Assembly (NCBI GenBank): GCA_963664325.2
Contig: CAXXDQ010000002.1
Coordinates: 160,001 to 224,000 of the forward strand
Direction: 5' to 3'
Source of the DNA: Desulfomonilia bacterium
GTDB lineage: Bacteria > Desulfobacterota > Desulfomonilia > UBA1062
Length of the DNA: 64,000 bases
Shown here piece after piece: positions 9,423 to 17,101 of the stretch (position 1 is the first letter of the stretch; every line of letters starts with the position of its first letter). Both the position numbers and the translations under genes were made by a program. The notes beneath the pieces were generated by a model. It saw only the letters and a program-made list of their open reading frames with translations. It was not told the DNA's origin and did not search any database.

Positions 9423-10328
9423 ATGGATTATTCATATGATAATGTATTGATGAAAATGAGGAAAGATGCCCCGGCCGGAGATGGGGAGCACGGATATTTC
9501 AAGAACAAGGACGGTTACAATCTTTTCTACCGGATATGGAAGGCGGACAACCCGAAAAAGATAGTCGTATGCCTTCACGGCGCGTTCGCGCATGGGGAAT
9601 TCTTCTCGCTTGTCGCAGACAGGTTCGTCCCGAAAGGTGCAACTGTTGCGGTCTTCGACTATCAGGGCCACGGAAGGTCTGAAGGAAGGAGAGGCGATGT
9701 CCTTAAAATGGAGGACTGGCACCGTGATGCAAAGGATTTCGTCGAATTCATAAAAACAAAAGCTGACGGAAACCTTCCGGTATTCCTCCTGGGCGAATCC
9801 ATGGGCGGTCAGTTGGCTGCCGGCATCTCCGCATTGTATCCCGAACTGCCTGTGGCAGGCTTCATCCTTTTCTCCCCTGCCGTCAAATTCAAGTCCGGCA
9901 AGTTTTCCGAGATGCTCATGAAGGCCATACCCAATATTTTCAATCTGCTCTTCGCGCCCGGAAAGCCTGTAATAGATATAACGGGCAATCCGGCGGACGG
10001 GATAGTCGACCCGCTCCATCAGGAATATGATGCCAGAGACCCGCTCAGATTTTCCAAGGCATCACCCCGCTATCTGCTCGAACTCAATAAATCCGCCAAG
10101 CTGGCCCTGGCACAAGGACCTGTGGCGACAAGGAAACCTGTAATTGTCCTGGCCGGGACAAATGATACCTCGGTTGATATTGAGGCGGTAAAAGATTACT
10201 TTGAAAGGCTTGATGCCGGAGGAGACAAGAAAATGATCCTTGCCGAAGGTGCAAAGCATTCGATACTTGACGACCCGGCATTTCTTCCGCATTGGAAGGA
10301 AGTGTACGAATGGCTGAAAGCGCATTGA
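9423..10328 (+). CDS. Alpha/beta hydrolase, lysophospholipase/monoacylglycerol lipase family
   Basis: LHG, DYQGHGRS, GESMG nucleophile elbow, C-terminal His; AGGAGG RBS. Confidence 0.9.
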   Translation: MDYSYDNVLMKMRKDAPAGDGEHGYFKNKDGYNLFYRIWKADNPKKIVVCLHGAFAHGEFFSLVADRFVPKGATVAVFDYQGHGRSEGRRGDVLKMEDWHRDAKDFVEFIKTKADGNLPVFLLGESMGGQLAAGISALYPELPVAGFILFSPAVKFKSGKFSEMLMKAIPNIFNLLFAPGKPVIDITGNPADGIVDPLHQEYDARDPLRFSKASPRYLLELNKSAKLALAQGPVATRKPVIVLAGTNDTSVDIEAVKDYFERLDAGGDKKMILAEGAKHSILDDPAFLPHWKEVYEWLKAH

Positions 10329-10335
10329 TCTGGTT

Positions 10336-10527
10336 CAGGACGCTATAACTTTGCATACCTTTGATTCGGGCAAATGATAGCCCTCACCCTTCGGGCGTAT
10401 CTTCGATAAGTTAATTTTTGTGATGTGAAAATTTGTCGCTCCTTATCTTGTCATTCCGACGTACGTTAAAAGTACGCCTCATTCCTCGACTTCGTCGCTT
10501 CGCGGTCTGCTTTGTTCTAACGCCCTG
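10336..10527 (-). mobile_element. MITE-like element copy 1 (with 72-bp nested insertion)
   Basis: Terminal inverted repeats caggacgctataac / gttctaacgccctg; reverse complement aligns with 11654..11772 and 15758..15876. Confidence 0.75.
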
Positions 10528-10589
10528 ACAAAACAAGATTCGATATGACAGATCATTGTATTATTCTGTGATATTCAATATAAATAATT

Positions 10590-11195
10590 ATGGAACCTAC
10601 AATATTTGCTTCAAAACTTTCCGGTATGAATGCTTTGGTGTTTGGTGAACTACAAGGCTCACAAAGAGTTTATGTATATTTGCATGGCAGCGGAGAATTT
10701 GGAAAGGGCATTCATTCACATTATATAAATCCAGGTTTTGCAACTGTCTTGAGAGATGACAAAATTAATCTGAAATATCCGTTTGTGATTCCATGCTGTA
10801 TAACAGGAGACTTCTGGATTCCAGAACAGGTTAAATTGCTATTAGATGATATTCGCAAAGACAATGATATAATGAGCATAGATCTGATAGGCTACAGTCG
10901 TGGTGGTTATGGCGTATACGAATACATTTCCCAATTTTCCGATATACATACGGCAACTGTTATAAATTCAAGAATTCCAAAATCAGATGCATTTATTACT
11001 TCTATCCCGCTTCTAATAATTCATGGAAGACAGGATCAGAGTGAGAATATTGAGATTGTTAGGAGATTCTATAAGTCTCTTATTTCAAACCAATCTAAAG
11101 TCAAAATGATTGAGCTAGATGGCGGCCACTTTATTATAGAAGAAGTATCTAAAAGCGAATGGTTGTATCATTGGATTGATTCTGCAGATATCTAG
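10590..11195 (+). CDS. Small alpha/beta hydrolase (carboxylesterase/peptidase-like), AT-rich
   Basis: YLHGSGE, GYSRG, IIHGRQD, GGH motifs. Confidence 0.8.
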   Translation: MEPTIFASKLSGMNALVFGELQGSQRVYVYLHGSGEFGKGIHSHYINPGFATVLRDDKINLKYPFVIPCCITGDFWIPEQVKLLLDDIRKDNDIMSIDLIGYSRGGYGVYEYISQFSDIHTATVINSRIPKSDAFITSIPLLIIHGRQDQSENIEIVRRFYKSLISNQSKVKMIELDGGHFIIEEVSKSEWLYHWIDSADI

Positions 11196-11200
11196 GGATG

Positions 11201-11286
11201 GGACCTTGATAACTGAATAACTAAAACGTCCTGTTCTTATCTTCTGGATGCTCATTGATATCGAATGCTTTAAACGGTTATGGTTA
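11201..11286. repeat. Imperfect direct repeat copy A (~85 bp)
   Basis: ggaccttgataactgaataactaaaacgtcctgttctt...tgctttaaacggtta matches 11571..11653. Confidence 0.85.
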
Positions 11287-11359
11287 AATAAATTACTTTG
11301 TGGTGAATCTTGGCCTTTTCATGTTTATGTTGATATACGTGTATAGTGGAGGAGAAATT

Positions 11360-11590
11360 ATGTTAGCTATAAGACTGCCAGCGGATATTGAAAACAGACT
11401 TGATACCCTTGCCAAGAAAACAGGCCGGACAAAGACCTTTTATGTAAGGGAAGCGATACTCGAACACATAGAAGACCTTGAAGAGGCTTATGTTGCCCTT
11501 GACCGGCTTAAGAAACCTGCGAGACGGTTGAGCATGGAAGAAGTTGAGCGAAAACTTGGGACTGAGACAAGGACGTTGATAACTAAATAA
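11360..11590 (+). CDS. Ribbon-helix-helix RelB-like antitoxin, no cognate toxin
   Basis: MLAIRLPADIENRLDTLAKKTGRTKTFYVREAILEHIEDLE; GGAGG RBS. Confidence 0.85.
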   Translation: MLAIRLPADIENRLDTLAKKTGRTKTFYVREAILEHIEDLEEAYVALDRLKKPARRLSMEEVERKLGTETRTLITK

Positions 11591-11653
11591 CAAAACGTCC
11601 TGTTCTTTTCTCCTGGATGCTTTGATATCGGATGCTTTAAAAGGTTAGGTTTA
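11571..11653. repeat. Imperfect direct repeat copy B (~83 bp)
   Basis: ggacgttgataactaaataacaaaacgtcctgttctt...tgctttaaaaggtta; internal ggacgtt/aacgtcc hairpin. Confidence 0.85.
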
Positions 11654-11772
11654 CAGGGCGTAATAACAAAGCAGACCTAGGAGCGACGAAGCGGAAATGC
11701 GAGGTGTACTTATACGTACTCCGCAGCGTTTCAGTTAGGAGCGACAAAGATATGCGAAGTTATCATACCCTG
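11654..11772 (+). mobile_element. MITE-like element copy 2 (119 bp, TA on both flanks)
   Basis: ta|cagggcgtaataac ... gttatcataccctg|ta. Confidence 0.8.
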
Positions 11773-12716
11773 TACGAGAGTCCCAAGCCTTCATCGCAGC
11801 CCGTCATAATGTTCATGCACTGAACTGCCGCGCCGGAAGCGCCTTTGCCGAGGTTATCCAGCCTGCACATGACGCATGCCTGAGTGTCGTGGCCGAAAAC
11901 AAAGATGTCGGCCCGGTTTGTCCCGTTGCAGGCCTGAGGGTCTAGGCATCCGTCGTCGAGCGCGTTGTCGTCGCCGAAAGGGGCGACCTTTATAAACATT
12001 TCGCCCGAGTAGTATTCCGAGATGACGGTATGAAGGTCTTTCGCCGTCAGCCTCTTGTCGAGCTGGCTCAATACGATGGGGACGGTGACTATCATGCCCT
12101 GCGAAAACGGTCCAAGCACCGGATTGAACAGGGGGGGGCTTGCAAGTCCAGTAACCTTTGTCATTTCCGGGACATGTTTGTGCTTGAGGCTGAGCGCATA
12201 AGGCCTGCACCCCATCATCCTTGCATCGCCGGCTCTGACTGATTCATACTGTTCGATGAGCTTTTTGCCGCCCCCGCTGTAGCCGGTCAGGGAAAAGCAT
12301 GTAACTGGATAATCCCTTCCGATAACACCGGAAACAATGAGCGGATAGAGCGCAAGCGCAAAACCCGTTGCATGACAGCCCGGTACGCTTGTGAAGCGGG
12401 ATTGCCTTATAGCTTTCCTGTGAGATGGGCTCAGCTCGGGCAGACCATAGGCCCAGTTATCAGCTGTTCTATGGGCAGTCGAGGCATCGATGATCTTCGT
12501 ACGAGGATTGTCAAGGAGCTTTACCGCCTCCTTTGCAGCTGTATCGGGCAGGCAGAGGAAGACTATGTCCGCTTCATTGATCATCTCTTTTCTGGAATGG
12601 ATGTCCTTGCGTTTTTCCTGATCAATCTTGAAAATGTTCAGGTCAGGCCTGGCCTCGAGCCTTTCATGGATTTTAAGACCCGTTGTCCCTTCATGCCCAT
12701 CAACAAATATCTTCAT
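11763..12716 (-). CDS. argC: N-acetyl-gamma-glutamyl-phosphate reductase, type 2
   Basis: IFVDGHEGTTGL, IIDASTAHR, PGCHATG, LDNLGKGASGAAVQ. Confidence 0.95.
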   Translation of the reverse strand: MKIFVDGHEGTTGLKIHERLEARPDLNIFKIDQEKRKDIHSRKEMINEADIVFLCLPDTAAKEAVKLLDNPRTKIIDASTAHRTADNWAYGLPELSPSHRKAIRQSRFTSVPGCHATGFALALYPLIVSGVIGRDYPVTCFSLTGYSGGGKKLIEQYESVRAGDARMMGCRPYALSLKHKHVPEMTKVTGLASPPLFNPVLGPFSQGMIVTVPIVLSQLDKRLTAKDLHTVISEYYSGEMFIKVAPFGDDNALDDGCLDPQACNGTNRADIFVFGHDTQACVMCRLDNLGKGASGAAVQCMNIMTGCDEGLGLSYRV

Positions 12717-12730
12717 AAATAAATCCCCGG

Positions 12731-13687
12731 TTACATTACCTTGTTAATCAGCCAGTCATAAGTATCCCTGGCTGTCTGGATGTCGTCTTTTGACGGTTTC
12801 CATCCTAGGGCCTTGGCCCTGGCAATGTCAAATACATAGTCCTTGAGCGCTATCTCCAGGTGCTGAGGTTCAAGAGGCGAGATGCCGATGCCCGAAAGAA
12901 GCCTGACTGCAAACCTCGCAAGACTCGCGGGTATATTGAGCTTCCTGGGCACCTTTCCCGCATGCCTGAAAAGCTCTGTCGTCATCTCCTCCAGTGTCGG
13001 CACATTTTCGCTCCCGAGATTGAGGGTCTTATTGCTGAACCCTTGATCCTCAATTGCGAGCAGGCATGCCTGTGAGACGTCGCCGACATTGACCATCTGG
13101 AGCCTTGTTTTTCCGCCGCCGGGCAGCAGGGCAAGTCCGCCTTTCGATATGGAGCGCATCTGGTCAAGAAGGAACGGCTCATTCTGGCCCGGACCGTTTA
13201 TGGTAGGCGGCCTGAAAATGGTTATATCAAGGCCCATTTCCATGTATTTGCTGCACAGGATTTCACAGTCAAGCTTGTCGCGACCGTACTGGCAAAGGGG
13301 TTCAAGGGGCGCATTTTCAGGGCATGGACACGGTACGTCCACTCCGTAAACTTCGACCGAGGAGAGAAAGACTAACTTCTTCAGTCCTTGTTTGATGGCG
13401 GCGGACAGGACATTAAGAGTACCCCACACATTAATCCTGTGCATCCTGTCTTCGTCCCTCACGAACTGGGCGAGAGCAGCCGCCGAGTGGATGATTGCGT
13501 CGCAGTCTTTTGCCGCATTTTCCACGGCGGCAGCCTCGGTAATATCCGTTATTATTTCCGTGAAACCCGGATGGGACAGCCCTGAAGGTTTGATATCAAG
13601 ACCCTTGACCTCGTATCCTTTGTCAAGCGCCTGTCCCACAATGTTTCTGCCGAGATATCCCGAACTCCCTGTAATGAGTAGATTCAT
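12731..13687 (-). CDS. NAD-dependent epimerase/dehydratase (extended SDR)
   Basis: ITGSSGYLG, SSVEVYG, YGRDK. Confidence 0.88.
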   Translation of the reverse strand: MNLLITGSSGYLGRNIVGQALDKGYEVKGLDIKPSGLSHPGFTEIITDITEAAAVENAAKDCDAIIHSAAALAQFVRDEDRMHRINVWGTLNVLSAAIKQGLKKLVFLSSVEVYGVDVPCPCPENAPLEPLCQYGRDKLDCEILCSKYMEMGLDITIFRPPTINGPGQNEPFLLDQMRSISKGGLALLPGGGKTRLQMVNVGDVSQACLLAIEDQGFSNKTLNLGSENVPTLEEMTTELFRHAGKVPRKLNIPASLARFAVRLLSGIGISPLEPQHLEIALKDYVFDIARAKALGWKPSKDDIQTARDTYDWLINKVM

Positions 13688-13708
13688 AATGCCTGCCTTC
13701 TTTTCAGG

Positions 13709-14413
13709 TTACAGTTTGCCGTACTTCTTATACACTTCAAGAAGAGATTTTCCCTCGCGCAGTTCCTGTCTTGACCTCCGTTCCGCCGCAGCCCTTTCCT
13801 CAGCCATCTCGACAACCTCAGAAAGATCGATGTCCGTAAGGGGTATAACGACTATCCCGTCACGGTCCGCAAAGATGATATCCCCCGGGTTTACCCTGAC
13901 CCCTCCGCAGAATATCGGAGAGCCTATGCCGACAAGGTCGACCCTTCCGATTGAATCGGTAGGGATGCTGCCCTTTGCCCAGACCGGGAAACCGATATCA
14001 AGAACGCGGTTTATATCGCGGATGGGGCCGTCGACGACTGCGCCTTTCACCCCGCCGAAAAACTTGCATGTATGAGCCATGAGTTCACCGAAACCTCCGG
14101 CGCCGTTGAACCCGTTTGTATTGATTACGACTACCTGGCCTTTCTTCATGGAGCCGAAAATCGATTCAAGCATGCCGGCAACGAACTCGGGGTCATAGTC
14201 GGCAAGCCTCATGCTTTTTCTGGTCCGGGCCTCTTCCATCGTGAATGCCGGTCCCGCAATCGCCGCTTCAGGCAGAATCGGGGCGAATCCCGCATGCATG
14301 CACTGGTTCATGAATCCCATTTCGTCAAGCGAATCCGCTATGGCCGGCGTATAGGTCTTTTCGAGCCTTTCGCAAAAGGCGATGATGCCGTCATGAGAAT
14401 ATTGTTTTGCCAT
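13709..14413 (-). CDS. RraA-like / HMG aldolase family protein
   Basis: IADSLD, AGPAFT, FGELM, VVDGPIRD, VNPGDIIFADRDGIVVIP. Confidence 0.88.
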   Translation of the reverse strand: MAKQYSHDGIIAFCERLEKTYTPAIADSLDEMGFMNQCMHAGFAPILPEAAIAGPAFTMEEARTRKSMRLADYDPEFVAGMLESIFGSMKKGQVVVINTNGFNGAGGFGELMAHTCKFFGGVKGAVVDGPIRDINRVLDIGFPVWAKGSIPTDSIGRVDLVGIGSPIFCGGVRVNPGDIIFADRDGIVVIPLTDIDLSEVVEMAEERAAAERRSRQELREGKSLLEVYKKYGKL

Positions 14414-14423
14414 GAAGGTCCCC

Positions 14424-15686
14424 TTAAGAGTTTTCAGCAGATGCCCTGTGTTCAGGGACTTTGACAAGTATTATCGTGCTCAGGAGAATGACGAATGCCG
14501 TAAACAGGAACATCATTGTGTATCCATGCCATTTCCCGGGCCATAAAAGGTTCAGATAGTCGATCGGCATTCCCAGAAGCTGTGCAAGCAGCGGCGCGCC
14601 CGCAGTCGCCAGGTTTGAAAGTCCCATGAGCTTTCCGGCGTCCTCCCCCTGCGCCATGTTGTTGGCAAGCGACCAGTTGGCCGCCAGGAATATGCCTGTG
14701 CTGGTCCCGAACAGGCTTCCATAAACAAGAAGCTGCATTGACGAATGTGCCAGCATAAGCAGCAGTGAACCAGTTATGCCCAGTACGCCCGCAATGACAA
14801 GCATTTTTATATAGCCGACCTTTCCGCCCAGCCATCCCGAGAGGACGGCAAAAAGCATCAGGAATACCCCCAATGCGGCCATCAGGTCCGTTGTCGCCTT
14901 GACCGGGTCATCAGCTCCGACCTTGTCTTTGATGAAGTACATCGCAAATGTCTGAACAGCGGTTAAACCGAATAGAAAGAAAAACCTGGAAGTAAGGAGC
15001 CACCAGTATCCCTTGGGGGCTTTGACGTCCCAGACAACCAGTGTGTTCCGAAGGACTGCAACAATATTGATAGGTGCTTTCGGCTTGTCTGTTGTGGGCT
15101 TTTCCTTTGACCACAAAAGGGTGATCAGGGCGCATACTGCAAGCACGATAATAATTGCGAGCATGGCCGTAGTCGGATGGGTGGTCCCTTTAGGGATGAG
15201 CATCCCGAGTGCAAGCATCCCTACAACCAGACCGATCATCTCGGTAAAAATTTTAATGCCGCTGGCGATGCCTATCTTCTCTGCAGGCACCACATCCGGC
15301 AGCAGGCCCTGAAGCGGCCCCTGGGCGATATTAGAAAAAACCTGGAGAAGCATGAAGCCTATGAACACACCCCATATTCCAGCAGCCCAGCCAATCACGG
15401 CAAGGAAAACCACGTCTCCGATGGTGCCGATAAGTATCATCGGCCGTCTCCTGCCCCATTTTGAAACCCAACCATCACTGATGGCGCCTGCTACAGGCTG
15501 AACCAGAATTGCAATTACGAGCCCCAGGATTTTTATAAGTCCGAGCCAGGTGTTTTTCACGGTCTCGGATACAAGCCCGAGCATTATAACAGGAATAACT
15601 ATGGCGTTCAGGCTGTTCCACATGAAGGACATCCCGAACCAGTATGCATTTATGAAAACAACCTGGAACCTGTCCACTATCTTCAT
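14424..15686 (-). CDS. MFS transporter
   Basis: About 12 hydrophobic segments; motif A GAISDGWVSKWGRRRP. Confidence 0.9.
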   Translation of the reverse strand: MKIVDRFQVVFINAYWFGMSFMWNSLNAIVIPVIMLGLVSETVKNTWLGLIKILGLVIAILVQPVAGAISDGWVSKWGRRRPMILIGTIGDVVFLAVIGWAAGIWGVFIGFMLLQVFSNIAQGPLQGLLPDVVPAEKIGIASGIKIFTEMIGLVVGMLALGMLIPKGTTHPTTAMLAIIIVLAVCALITLLWSKEKPTTDKPKAPINIVAVLRNTLVVWDVKAPKGYWWLLTSRFFFLFGLTAVQTFAMYFIKDKVGADDPVKATTDLMAALGVFLMLFAVLSGWLGGKVGYIKMLVIAGVLGITGSLLLMLAHSSMQLLVYGSLFGTSTGIFLAANWSLANNMAQGEDAGKLMGLSNLATAGAPLLAQLLGMPIDYLNLLWPGKWHGYTMMFLFTAFVILLSTIILVKVPEHRASAENS

Positions 15687-15757
15687 CTTTCCTCCCCTTG
15701 AAACATATTTCTTAAAGTCAGCACGTTATAATTGAATTTTTAATTCATTCTATCCTG

Positions 15758-15876
15758 CAGGACGTTAGAACAAAGCAGACCAAGGCGCAACATAATCGAG
15801 AAATGAGACGTGCTTAAGCGTACGCCGCAATAACGAGATGAGGAGCAACGCCGGTATGCAAAGTTATAACGTTCTG
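15758..15876 (+). mobile_element. MITE-like element copy 3 (119 bp)
   Basis: tg|caggacgttagaac ... gttataacgttctg|ta, inside the operon between dehydratase and MFS genes. Confidence 0.8.
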
Positions 15877-15879
15877 TAT

Positions 15880-17085
15880 TTACCATCTCGATTTCAGATA
15901 CAGCGGTTCAGGCTTTACCCGGTCCTTGAACCCGCCGGCCATGAACAGCTCATAAACTTCATTATACTGCTTCAGCTTGTCATAATCCAGTTTTACTCCG
16001 AGGCCCGGCCCGGCAGGAACTTTCATCCCGCCGTTTTCATAGGGGATGGGGCCGCCGATGATAATATCATCATCAATATAATGATAATGGGCGTCGGGGG
16101 CATGATGTATGCTGGGGAGCGCGGCGCCGAGGTGCAGTATGGCGGCCATGGATACGCCGAACTCGGTCCCAGAATGCATGCCGAGGTCGAGGCCGAATGA
16201 TTCGCACAGCCTTGAAAGGGCCTTGACAGCATGCAGGCCTCCGTACCAGTGCGGGTCGGCAAGGATCACGTCAACCGCATCCATGATGGCTGCCGGGCCG
16301 ATATCCTCCCAGCCGAAGCAAGCCATGTTCGAGGCCAGAGGCATGAACGGGGCCATACGCTTAAGCTTGGCCATGGCTGCAATTCCCCAGACAGGGTCTT
16401 CAAGGTATTCCATGTTGAGGCTCTGGCAGCTTTTAGCGACCCTGACAGCCGTGGTAAGCGCCCAGGAGCTGTTGGGGTCCAGCCTCACAGGCACGCCGGG
16501 CATGCGCTCGTTCAGATGCCGTACCGTTTCGACTTCGAGGTCAGGTCTGAAAACTCCGCCCTTGAACTTGATTGAGGCGCAGCCCTTGTTTTCGCAGAGG
16601 TCGGCGCAGTGTTCGACAATACGGGAATCAGCCTCTTCCCAGGGTATGTCATCACCGCCCGGCGACTGGTAAAAGATGTATGCCGAGAGTGGAACGAGGT
16701 CACGCATCTTGCCGCCAAGCAGGTCATGTACCGGTCTTCCTGCCGCCTGGCCCTGAATGTCCAGGCAGGCGAATTCAATGGCTGAAAACGCATTGGCAAG
16801 GTTCGGTCCGAACATGCGTACATAAAGGGCGTTGTTCAGCCTGGCCCGGATGCGCTCCAGACTGAATGGGTCTTCGCCCACGATGTGGGCCTTGCTGGCC
16901 TTGAGGACTTCCTCCATCTGCCTGCCGCTGGGCGTGAGCGTGGTTTCGCCGAGGCCAGTAATTCCTTCATCGGTCATCACCTGCAGAATGACCCGGCCGA
17001 AACCGGGATGTCTTCCCCATGCATGAAGAAGCGTCATTTCAAGCGGGATTGCAACCGGTGTAACAACCAGGTCGGTTATTTTCAT
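15880..17085 (-). CDS. Enolase-superfamily acid-sugar dehydratase (glucarate dehydratase-like)
   Basis: DLLGG, IKFKGGV, RLDPN, YLEDP, SNM, GMHS, GPGLGV. Confidence 0.88.
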   Translation of the reverse strand: MKITDLVVTPVAIPLEMTLLHAWGRHPGFGRVILQVMTDEGITGLGETTLTPSGRQMEEVLKASKAHIVGEDPFSLERIRARLNNALYVRMFGPNLANAFSAIEFACLDIQGQAAGRPVHDLLGGKMRDLVPLSAYIFYQSPGGDDIPWEEADSRIVEHCADLCENKGCASIKFKGGVFRPDLEVETVRHLNERMPGVPVRLDPNSSWALTTAVRVAKSCQSLNMEYLEDPVWGIAAMAKLKRMAPFMPLASNMACFGWEDIGPAAIMDAVDVILADPHWYGGLHAVKALSRLCESFGLDLGMHSGTEFGVSMAAILHLGAALPSIHHAPDAHYHYIDDDIIIGGPIPYENGGMKVPAGPGLGVKLDYDKLKQYNEVYELFMAGGFKDRVKPEPLYLKSRW

Positions 17086-17101
17086 TTTTCACCTCCAATA
17101 T

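Noticed and set aside
11201-11653. Integron attC sites
   Set aside because: Repeats contain TAAC and end near GTTRRRY, but R and L boxes are not convincingly complementary and no intI is present
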